From an uncultured Oscillospiraceae bacterium (lineage in GTDB: Bacteria; Bacillota; Clostridia; Christensenellales; Aristaeellaceae), in the NCBI GenBank assembly GCA_964511785.1, contig CAZEIB010000001.1, positions 1 to 51,674 of the forward strand: 51,674 nt of DNA, in the 5' to 3' direction. Below, in pieces: positions 17,324-25,504 of the stretch (position 1 is the stretch's first letter; every line of letters starts with the position of its first letter). The translations under genes were made by a program, and so were the position numbers. The notes beneath the pieces are model-generated. The model was not told the DNA's origin and made no database searches. It saw only the letters and a program-made list of their open reading frames with translations.

Positions 17324-18503
17324 ATACCTGTTTAAAAAAGGGTTCATTTTCTTCATTTACAAGAATGTCTAGCTTGTTAAAATGAAGGGGTACAGGATCT
17401 GCAATAATATATTTTAATATTTCATCCATACGAATGCTTTGAGAATAGGTAATCAAAGAAAAAGCCACCCCATGTTTTTTGGCTCTACCAGTTCTTCCTA
17501 TGCGATGGAGGTAATATTCGTTTTCCTGTGGCAAATCGTAATTAATGACCATTTCCACATCGTCTACATCAATTCCTCTAGCTGCTACATCTGTAGCTAC
17601 CAATACATCCACTTTCCCTCGCCTAAAATTTTGCATGGTTACATTTCGCTGGCTTTGCCGCATATCTCCATGAAGGGCTTGTACACTGTAACCGGCTTTA
17701 AACAGCTGATCTTTAAGCCGTTCCGTCATGCTTTTGGTGTTGCAAAAAACCATGGTTTTTTTATACTCATCTGCATCTAACAAATATAAAAGGGCATCGT
17801 GCTTTTTCTTTTGATCAACAGTAATAACATATTGGGTAATAGAAGGCCTGTTTTCTTTGGTGGCTTCTACAACAATTTCCACAGGGTCATGCTGAAAACG
17901 CCAAGCAATGGTCATTACATCTTGGTTGGTGGTAGCAGAAAACATGACCAGTTGTTTCGTATTAGGGGCTGCTTGTATAATTTTGCTTACATCCTTTACA
18001 AAACCCATTTTCAACATTTCATCCGCTTCATCCAGCACCATTGTATGTACACCGTCCAGCCTAATGTTTCCTCTATTCATATGATCTAGCAACCTGCCGG
18101 GGGTAGCAATAATAATTTGAGGCCTTCGTTTTAATTGATTTAGCTGTTTTACAATTGGTTGCCCACCGTAAAGAGTAGCTATGCCTACTTTAGGAATAAA
18201 GGAAGCCAATTTTTTCATTTCATCGGTGATTTGCAAAGCTAGCTCCCTTGTAGGGCAAAGAACTACCTCTTGTACTCTTTGATCCTTTAAGCTTACATAT
18301 TCAAGCATAGGAATACCAAAGGCAAGGGTTTTCCCAGTACCAGTTGGCGCAATAGCCATAATATCTCTGCCGGCCATCATTAAGGGAATGGTTTCCTTTT
18401 GTATTTGGGTAGGGGTTTCAATCCCTTGTTTTTCTAAAGCTTTTATCACTTCATTGCTTAAATCCATTTGAGAAAACCGGGAAATGCTTTCGCTTTTATT
18501 CAT
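17322..18503 (-). CDS. DEAD-box ATP-dependent RNA helicase
   Basis: Q motif TPTQIQ, AIAPTGTGKT, DEAD (VLDEADEM), SAT, HRIGRTGR. Start placed at the MNKSE ATG with AAGGAG RBS. Confidence 0.9.
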   Translation of the reverse strand: MNKSESISRFSQMDLSNEVIKALEKQGIETPTQIQKETIPLMMAGRDIMAIAPTGTGKTLAFGIPMLEYVSLKDQRVQEVVLCPTRELALQITDEMKKLASFIPKVGIATLYGGQPIVKQLNQLKRRPQIIIATPGRLLDHMNRGNIRLDGVHTMVLDEADEMLKMGFVKDVSKIIQAAPNTKQLVMFSATTNQDVMTIAWRFQHDPVEIVVEATKENRPSITQYVITVDQKKKHDALLYLLDADEYKKTMVFCNTKSMTERLKDQLFKAGYSVQALHGDMRQSQRNVTMQNFRRGKVDVLVATDVAARGIDVDDVEMVINYDLPQENEYYLHRIGRTGRAKKHGVAFSLITYSQSIRMDEILKYIIADPVPLHFNKLDILVNEENEPFFKQV

Positions 18504-18765
18504 AGTTACTCCTTTTGTTTTTTTGTACATATAAGGATAGAGCTTTAGCCAATTGATCGGGGCAAGAGGTACCGTTTCTACATAAAATGCCAGAGAGTTT
18601 TTCAATGGTTTCTTCTACTTTGGTTCCTATCACCATCTGTCCCAGTCCCATAGTGTTTCCTGGGCAGCCTTTGTGAAAAATACAAGAGGTAATGATACCT
18701 TCCTCAACTTCAAAACTAATACTTGTAGCACAGGTTCCTCGGGTTTGGTATTCCACACACATCAT
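18496..18765 (-). CDS. TSCPD-domain small Cys-rich protein (TIGR03905-like)
   Basis: 89 aa with TRGTCAT..., FHKGCPGN and NGTSCPDQLAKAL. Its stop overlaps the helicase start. Confidence 0.7.
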   Translation of the reverse strand: MMCVEYQTRGTCATSISFEVEEGIITSCIFHKGCPGNTMGLGQMVIGTKVEETIEKLSGILCRNGTSCPDQLAKALSLYVQKNKRSNYE

Positions 18766-18892
18766 CCTTAAAAATAGTATTACTTTGTTAACTTCTATAT
18801 AAAACTTAAAAAACCTTTTCTCTGTTAGCCTTTACAAAGCATTTTTCCTTTTGTACAATAAGAGAAGCAATGTTTTGAGAGGAGATAAAAGC

Positions 18893-19780
18893 ATGTTACT
18901 AGGCGGTTTAGAAGCAGGGGGTACAAAAATGGTTTGTGCCATTGGTAACGAACAAGGCGAAGTAATGGAAACTCGTTCTTTTCCTACCCTTGACCCTGAA
19001 ACAACAATGAAAGAAATGATCGGATTTTTTAAAGATTTTCCTATTGAGGCTCTGGGAATTGGCTCTTTTGGCCCCTTGGACCTAAAGCCTCAATCAAAAA
19101 CCTACGGCTATATTACTTCCACCCCTAAATTAAAGTGGCAGCATTTTCCTTTACTTACTACTTTTAAAGAAGCCTTTCCCCTTCCAATGAAAATTGATAC
19201 TGATGTAAATGCCGCTGCTCTGGCAGAAGTGACTTTAGGGGCTGCAAAAGGTTTAAGTAGTTGCTTATATATTACTGTAGGCACAGGGGTTGGGGGGGGA
19301 TTAGTGGTTGAAAACAATTTAGTTCACGGCTTGGTTCATCCTGAATTTGGCCATATGTTGTTAACCCCTTCTCCTAAAGATCCTCTTCCCCAAGGGGTCT
19401 GCCCTTTCCATAAAGGCTGTTTAGAGGGTTTGGCTGCCGGTCCCTCTATTGTTGCCCGTTGGGGCGAAGCCAAAAACCTTCCCTCAGATCACGAGGCCTG
19501 GGATTTGGAAGCAACCTATTTAGCTCAAATGGCTATGAATGCACTGGTTACCTTCTCTCCTGAAAAAATTATTCTAGGAGGAGGAGTCATGCAACAATTC
19601 CACTTGTTTCCTAAAATTAGAGAAAAAACTTTAGCGCTGTTAAATGGTTATATTCAAGCCCCGGCTATTGACGAGGGATTAATTAACACCATTGTTCCTC
19701 CTGGTCTTGGAACAAAAAGCGGTATTACCGGTGCCTTTTTATTAGCTAAGCAGGCCCTTGAAGAAGAGGCTTTCAAATGA
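18893..19780 (+). CDS. ROK-family sugar kinase (fructokinase/glucokinase-like)
   Basis: N-terminal LEAGGTKM, DTDVNAAALAE, a zinc motif region (HPEFGH...CPFHKGCLEG), and RBS AGGAGA. Confidence 0.8.
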   Translation: MLLGGLEAGGTKMVCAIGNEQGEVMETRSFPTLDPETTMKEMIGFFKDFPIEALGIGSFGPLDLKPQSKTYGYITSTPKLKWQHFPLLTTFKEAFPLPMKIDTDVNAAALAEVTLGAAKGLSSCLYITVGTGVGGGLVVENNLVHGLVHPEFGHMLLTPSPKDPLPQGVCPFHKGCLEGLAAGPSIVARWGEAKNLPSDHEAWDLEATYLAQMAMNALVTFSPEKIILGGGVMQQFHLFPKIREKTLALLNGYIQAPAIDEGLINTIVPPGLGTKSGITGAFLLAKQALEEEAFK

Positions 19781-20181
19781 TTTTAGTGGTTGATGGTCAA
19801 GGCGGGGGTATTGGAAAAGCTTTAGTTCTTGCCATTGTTGAGCGTTTTCCCCAAGAAGAAGTAATTGGCAGTGGAACTAACGCCGCCGCTACAGGGGCTA
19901 TGCTTAAAAGCGGTGCCCATAAGGGAGCTACAGGAGAAAATGCCATTTGCTTTTTAGCTAAAGAAGCCCAAGTTATTTTAGGTCCTATTGGCCTTTTGCA
20001 AGAAAACGCCATGCTTGGAGAAATATCTCTTCCTATTGTCCATGGAATTTCTCAAAGTAAGGCCTGCAAAATTTTTATTCCAACCCAACGTTGTCCTATT
20101 CATATCGCAGGTACAGCACAGGGACCTCTTTCTTGGTATATTGAACAAGCCATGGATAAGCTTGAAGAAGTACTCAAATAA
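19777..20181 (+). CDS. DUF3842-like small protein
   Basis: MILVVDGQGGGIGKALV N-terminus. ATGA start/stop overlap with the ROK kinase gene. Confidence 0.55.
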   Translation: MILVVDGQGGGIGKALVLAIVERFPQEEVIGSGTNAAATGAMLKSGAHKGATGENAICFLAKEAQVILGPIGLLQENAMLGEISLPIVHGISQSKACKIFIPTQRCPIHIAGTAQGPLSWYIEQAMDKLEEVLK

Positions 20182-20215
20182 AAAACAGCCGATATTTTGT
20201 ATCGGCTGTTTTTTA
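20181..20215. terminator. bidirectional terminator
   Basis: AAAAACAGCCGATATTTTGTATCGGCTGTTTTT. Confidence 0.8.
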
Positions 20216-20230
20216 TACTAATTTCAAAAA

Positions 20231-20509
20231 TTAATATTGGCTGTTACGGTTAGAATCGAAACAATCACGGCAATAAACTGGACGATCGCCACGTGGTTGG
20301 AAAGGAACTTGGGTGGTTACGCCACATCCATCACAAATTACATCGTGCATTTGACGTTGGTTTTGTGAATGACGGCGGTTTGCACGGCAAGATTGGCAAC
20401 GGCCTGGTTCATTTTGGAAACCTTTTTCTGCAAAGAACTCTTGTTCAGAAGCGGTAAAAGGAAATTCCACGCCACAATCGCGGCAAGTTAAGGTTTTGTC
20501 TTCGTACAT
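20231..20509 (-). CDS. small double zinc-ribbon protein, paralog of 5532-5804
   Basis: 92 aa, MYEDKTLTCRDCG...RCQSCR...CDGCG-x17-CRDC, with the same four-CxxC architecture. RBS GGAGG 9 nt upstream. Confidence 0.85.
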   Translation of the reverse strand: MYEDKTLTCRDCGVEFPFTASEQEFFAEKGFQNEPGRCQSCRANRRHSQNQRQMHDVICDGCGVTTQVPFQPRGDRPVYCRDCFDSNRNSQY

Positions 20510-20636
20510 GTTAAAGTACCTCCAAAGTTTTTTACCCAAGTGCCATAAAGTTGTTTCCAGTATCCGACATCGGTAATAGGCGATGGAGGAGGAAGAACAT
20601 TGTATAGCTGTGTGGGCTACAGCGCCTATTATAACA
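20510..20636 (-). promoter_or_regulatory. extended -10 promoter plus ~110-nt structured leader of the zinc-ribbon paralog
   Basis: Minus strand carries TGTTATAAT (20636-20628). The leader has hairpins GCTGT/ACAGC and CCGA-TG-TCGG, a GGCG/CGCC long-range pair, and a UCCUCCUCC tract complementary to the GGAGG RBS. Confidence 0.5.
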
Positions 20637-20770
20637 CAGTTTTTTTTAAAAGTATACCTCTTTTTTAGCAGATTCTCTTTTCTTTGTTTTTTCTTGAATT
20701 GCTACATTTTTTCCCATATGCTATACTTTACCAAGGCACTTTATTGTGCTGAATGGAAATAAAGATGTAA

Positions 20771-21886
20771 ATGGATAGGAAAACGAGTATCATGACCAAA
20801 ACCTCAAAGCGAAATTTGTTAAATTTTCTTTTTTTATTTCTCACTTTAGCCATTGTTATTTGGATTGCTGTAGGAAATACTGAAATAGAAGATATGGGAG
20901 AAGCTTTAAAAAAAGCTTCTCCTATTTGGCTTGCCCTTGGGTTAGGCGTGTTTTTGTTTGCTGTTTTTTTCGATTCCCTTTGTTTATATTATTTTTTTAA
21001 AAAGCAAAACTACTCTGTTTCTTTAAAATATTCTTTTTACATTTCCATTATGGGAAAGTATTACGACAATGTCACCCCAGGTGCTTCAGGTGGTCAACCT
21101 TTTCAAGTATATTTTTTAAAAAAGAAAGAAGTGCCTATAGGGATTAGTTCCTCTGCCCTTGCAGTAAAGTTTTTTTGTTATCAATTTATTTATATTGTTC
21201 TTACCCTTGTTTTTTTATTTGTAAAAAAAGATTTAATTGCCCTACAATTTTCAGGCAATAGCATTTGGTTTTTAATTTTAGGCATTGTCATTCACTCTTT
21301 CAGCGTTGTTATGGTATTACTTTTAGCCATTAACACCCACTGGGTTCGCTGGCTCATTGTTTCTTTAATTAAACTATTATATAAAATAAAATTAGTGAAA
21401 GACCCTGATAAATGGATTGCTAAAAGCGAAGGAATTCTATCCAGCTTTACTGCCAGTGTTACCCTCATTCGTAAAAGACCTAAAGAACTGCTGGTTCAAC
21501 TGTTTTTATGCTTTTGTCAAATACTTTTAACCAACTCTATTGTTATTTGTGTATATAAGGCCTTTGGCCTTTCCTCTACTTCCTATATCGATCTTACTGT
21601 TTTAAGTATCCTTTTATATATTAGCACCTCCCATGCCCCTTTGCCCGGTGCAGCCGGCGCCCAAGAAGGAGGGTTTCTTTATTACTTTAGAAACATCTTC
21701 CCTACTGGGATTATTTACATTGCCGTACTCATTTGGCGTTTTATTACTTTTTATTTTTTAACTTTTTCAGGGGCTGTTTTTACCGTTATACACTCTGCCT
21801 GGTCAATAAAAAAGAAAGGTCCCTCCTCTTCCAATTCTACAACCGATATACAAGGAGACAGCATTGATGACAACTACCCTTTATAA
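20771..21886 (+). CDS. flippase-like / lysyl-phosphatidylglycerol-synthase-TM-region family membrane protein (UPF0104)
   Basis: Polytopic membrane protein with YDNVTPGASGGQPFQVYFL, typical of that family. Confidence 0.7.
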   Translation: MDRKTSIMTKTSKRNLLNFLFLFLTLAIVIWIAVGNTEIEDMGEALKKASPIWLALGLGVFLFAVFFDSLCLYYFFKKQNYSVSLKYSFYISIMGKYYDNVTPGASGGQPFQVYFLKKKEVPIGISSSALAVKFFCYQFIYIVLTLVFLFVKKDLIALQFSGNSIWFLILGIVIHSFSVVMVLLLAINTHWVRWLIVSLIKLLYKIKLVKDPDKWIAKSEGILSSFTASVTLIRKRPKELLVQLFLCFCQILLTNSIVICVYKAFGLSSTSYIDLTVLSILLYISTSHAPLPGAAGAQEGGFLYYFRNIFPTGIIYIAVLIWRFITFYFLTFSGAVFTVIHSAWSIKKKGPSSSNSTTDIQGDSIDDNYPL

Positions 21887-23027
21887 TCTTCCTTCCTTTC
21901 TTTGGGACCATTTCCCTATAAAAATTGTTTTAAGCCAAAAAAAAATAGCATCTTTTCCCTTTCAAAAAATCGTTATTCTAAAATATCCTCATTTTTATCA
22001 AGTGTAAAAACTAACAGATACTCAAGTTTTTCATGAAAATTTGAAAACCTTAGAAGATGTAAAAGCTTTGGTAGAAAAGTCTTTTCCCGAAAATTTTACA
22101 CAATTGAATCTATGGAATAATAAAGAGGAAATTCAGCTTAAAATGACTAAGAAAGGAAAACTCCTCTCTCACAGGCAGCCTGTAAAAGAAAAATTAGCAG
22201 AAAAAAACCATCATAACCGTGAAAAAAATTCTCTTCTTCCCCAAGGCATTCCCATTCCTCCCTTAGTTGATATGAAAGTAATGACCAACCAAGGAACAAT
22301 TATAAAAGGAATGGAGCATAAGTTTAGACAAATTAATCGGTTTTTAGAGATGGTGGAAGATACCATGGCTGCTTTTCCCATAGAAAAACCTATTTCCATT
22401 GTTGATTTTGGTTGTGGAAAAAGCTATTTGACTTTTGTTTTATATTATTATTTTACTCAAATTCAAAAACGGTCCGTTACTATGGTGGGCCTTGATTTAA
22501 AAAAAGAAGTTATTGAAAACTGTAACAAAACTTCTCAAAAATATGGTTATCAACACTTGTCTTTTTTACAAGGAAACATTAAAGATTATAAAACCAAAGA
22601 ACAAGTGGACATGGTTGTTTCCCTTCACGCCTGCAACACTGCTACAGATTTTGCCTTATATTTTGGCATCATCAACAAAGCAAAAGCCATTTTGTCTGTT
22701 CCCTGTTGCCAGCATGAATTAAATCAGCAAATGGAAAGTGATGCTTTTCGTATTCTAACTCGGTACGGCATTGTAAAAGAACGTACCGCCGCTCTTATGA
22801 CGGACGCTATAAGAGGAAATTTGTTAACTTATTGCGGCTACAAAACTCAATTGCTAGAGTTTATTGAATTAGAACATACCCCCAAAAATATTTTGTTAAG
22901 AGCCGTTAAAGCCCCTTTAAGTCAAAGTAGCAAAGAAGAGGCCCTAAGGGAAGTTACTCGATTATGTGAAGCTTTTTCTTTTGAGCCCACCCTTTTAACC
23001 TTAATTAAAGAAGGAAAACCCCTTTGA
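21867..23027 (+). pseudogene. class I SAM-dependent methyltransferase interrupted by one in-frame TAA (22005-22007)
   Basis: ATG at 21867 follows AAGGAGA by 8 nt and is in frame with the 328-aa ORF (22041-23027). The only break is TAA at 22005-22007. The upstream 46 codons (IKIVLSQKK...FQKIVI...YQV*KLTD) read as the family N-terminus, and the downstream part has KFRQINRFLEM and VDFGCGKSYLT (SAM motif I). Confidence 0.6.
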
Positions 23028-23083
23028 TTTTTGCGAAAACTTCTTCCTTTTTGTTTTTTTATTGTTCAACCAATTCAAATAGA

Positions 23084-23112
23084 TTGACAACCTCTCTTTT
23101 CTTCGCTACAAT
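23084..23112 (+). promoter_or_regulatory. sigma-A promoter of the T-box leader
   Basis: TTGACA, 17-nt spacer, TACAAT. Confidence 0.7.
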
Positions 23113-23118
23113 TTTTGA

Positions 23119-23354
23119 TAACCAACGCAATGAACAGGCTTAGTAAACCTTCCTTCTTGATTTAGAGAACTGCCGCTTGGTGTAAGGCAGGCTGGAAGAG
23201 GTTGAATCTCTCCTGGGAGCGGTTGCCCCAACCTTATTTATTAGTAGTAGGCGCAAACGGATTGACTCGTTATCGTCAGCCAAGTGGAGATTTTTTCTCA
23301 ACAAGAGTGGTACCGCGGAAATTTTCCGTCTCTTTTATAGAGACGGTTTTTTTT
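23119..23354 (+). promoter_or_regulatory. T-box riboswitch leader (tRNA-sensing transcription attenuator)
   Basis: Stem I spans 23126-23221 with a K-turn (CGC-AAUGA / GGA-GCG). It carries AGUA (23142-23145), the AGAGA bulge (23164-23168), a distal-loop GGUG (23179-23182) and a specifier loop GAAUCUCU (23204-23211). The T-box core AGAGUGGUACCGCGG is at 23304-23318. The terminator is CCGTCTCT/AGAGACGG plus T8 (23326-23354). Confidence 0.85.
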
Positions 23355-23374
23355 ATTTTAAAGGAGGATTTCAA

Positions 23375-25066
23375 ATGGCTATACCCTACCAAGTAAAAGA
23401 ATTAAATCAGTATACTTTGCCCGGTCTTTTAGCGCGTAATGCCAAAGAAATCCCAACAAGAGATGCTATTGTAGCCCCGGAATTTAACATGAGCTGGTCA
23501 TGGAAACAGCTGAATATTGAAACTACCAAAATTGCCCAAGGCTTACTGGCTTTAGGCATTGGTAAAGGCGACCATATTGCCATATGGGCAACCAATGTTC
23601 CCCAATGGTTGCTATTGTTGTTTGCCAGTGCAAAAATCGGCGCTATTTTAGTAACGGTAAACACCAATTATAAACAATTTGAATTGGAATATTTATTAAA
23701 ACAAAGTGATACAAAAATGTTGGTAATGACCAAGGGTGTAGGCAGCAACAACTATATTGACCACATTCAAGGGCTGTTTCCCAGCATTAACCATCACTCT
23801 TGGGAAGATGAAATTGAAAACTCTGATTTTCCTTTTTTAAAACGAATTGTTCTTATTGACCACGATATTCATTCGCCTAAAGGAATGATTGCCTTTCACC
23901 ATCTTTGTTCCTTGGGTGAAAAAATAGACCCTGAAGAGGTTGAAAAAATTTCTGCTTCCTTAAGTACTCATGATCCTGTTAACATGCAATATACTTCCGG
24001 TACAACCGGCTTTCCCAAGGGAGTAATGCTTACCCATTATAATATTGCCAATAACGGCCAGTTTATAGGAGATCGAATGAATTTTACCATGGAGGACAGA
24101 TTGCTTATTGTGGTTCCTTTATTTCATTGTTTTGGCATCGTTCTTGGCGTTATGAGTTGTCTTACCCACGGAAGTGCTATGGTGCTAATGGAAAAATATA
24201 ACCCTCTAAAAGAAATGGAAATGTTGGAAAAAGAAAAATGCACAGCCGTACATGGGGTTCCTACCATGTTTATAGGTATGTTAGAGCACCCTGATTTTAA
24301 AAAATTTGATTTCTCTTCCTTACGCACCGGAATCATGGCCGGTTCTCCTTGCCCTATTAAAACCATGGAAGATGTAACCCAAAAGATGAATTTAAAAGAA
24401 TTAACCATTGTATTTGGCCAAACAGAATCATCCCCGGGAATGACCCAATCCAGCGCAGATGACCCCTTGGCTTTAAGGGTAAGTACTGTAGGGAAGTTAT
24501 TGCCCCATACAGAGGGAAAGGTTATAGACCCCGAAACAGGTCTTGAACAGCCGCCTAATACGCCTGGTGAAATTTTAACCCGAGGCTATTTGGTTATGAA
24601 AGGCTATTATAAAATGGCGGAAGCTACCAAACAAGCCATTGACGAAGATGGCTGGCTACACACAGGGGATATTGGCACCCAAGACAAAGAAGGAAATTTT
24701 CGTATTACAGGCAGGTTAAAGGATATGATTATTCGTGGCGGGGAAAATATTTATCCTAGAGAAATTGAAGAGTTTTTATACACCCACCCTTTAATACAAG
24801 ATGTGCAAGTCATAGGGGTTCCTGACGAAAAGTATGGAGAAGAAGTATTAGCTTACTGTATTTTACGAGAAGGTGCCCAAGCCAACGAAGAGGAAATAAT
24901 TCAGTTTGTTAGAAAAGGTCTTTCTCGTTTTAAGTCTCCAAGATATATATTGTTTACAAAATCTTTTCCCATGACTGCCAGCGGTAAAATACAAAAATAC
25001 GTATTGCGTCAGCAAGCAATTGAAGTATTAGAGTTGCAAGCAGCCGAGCAGGTACAAACGGCTTAA
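23375..25066 (+). CDS. AMP-forming acyl-CoA synthetase/ligase (YngI/ACSF2-like short- or medium-chain type)
   Basis: 563 aa, AMP-binding signature YTSGTTGFPKGV, GEILTRGYLVMKGY, C-terminal SGKIQK, RBS AAGGAGG. Confidence 0.9.
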   Translation: MAIPYQVKELNQYTLPGLLARNAKEIPTRDAIVAPEFNMSWSWKQLNIETTKIAQGLLALGIGKGDHIAIWATNVPQWLLLLFASAKIGAILVTVNTNYKQFELEYLLKQSDTKMLVMTKGVGSNNYIDHIQGLFPSINHHSWEDEIENSDFPFLKRIVLIDHDIHSPKGMIAFHHLCSLGEKIDPEEVEKISASLSTHDPVNMQYTSGTTGFPKGVMLTHYNIANNGQFIGDRMNFTMEDRLLIVVPLFHCFGIVLGVMSCLTHGSAMVLMEKYNPLKEMEMLEKEKCTAVHGVPTMFIGMLEHPDFKKFDFSSLRTGIMAGSPCPIKTMEDVTQKMNLKELTIVFGQTESSPGMTQSSADDPLALRVSTVGKLLPHTEGKVIDPETGLEQPPNTPGEILTRGYLVMKGYYKMAEATKQAIDEDGWLHTGDIGTQDKEGNFRITGRLKDMIIRGGENIYPREIEEFLYTHPLIQDVQVIGVPDEKYGEEVLAYCILREGAQANEEEIIQFVRKGLSRFKSPRYILFTKSFPMTASGKIQKYVLRQQAIEVLELQAAEQVQTA

Positions 25067-25344
25067 AGAAAGTGTACAGCCCTTCGTTATGTCGGGGTGT
25101 CGCTAAAACCAATGCCCTTCAAATAAATGAAGTTTTATTTATTTGAGCATATGGACTAATTTTTCAGCATTGCTACCTTTATGCTTTTATACACATTTTT
25201 TCATAACCTTGGATAAAAGAAGGCACAATGTGCCGGGCAAATAAATCCTCCACTAGTGCCCATGTCCTAAGGTTTAATTTAAAGTGAAGGCATCTTACTC
25301 CTTCTTCCATCCCACGCTTTTAATATAGGCTTTTGAACAGTCTG

Positions 25345-25369
25345 TACACAGCTTCGGCTGTGTATTTTT
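25345..25369 (+). terminator. intrinsic terminator, ~280 nt after the acyl-CoA synthetase stop
   Basis: TACACAGC-ttcg-GCTGTGTA followed by TTTTT. Confidence 0.75.
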
Positions 25370-25504
25370 ATATTCTAATCTTTTTTAATTTATCTTTTCA
25401 TTTATTGGTTGACGTATGCCTTAAATTTAGCTACAATGAATTGTGAACAATTTGTAAATACTTTTTGCTTGAAACAAACTTTAAATAGATAGTGAGGAAA
25501 ATAC

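Noticed and set aside
25072-25349. 8-bp complementarity between GTGTACAG (25072-25079) and the 5' arm of the terminator, CTGTACAC (25342-25349), as a possible anti-terminator.
   Set aside because: A single 8-bp match within a ~300-nt span is about what chance predicts, and the 270-nt separation makes a switch implausible without further support.
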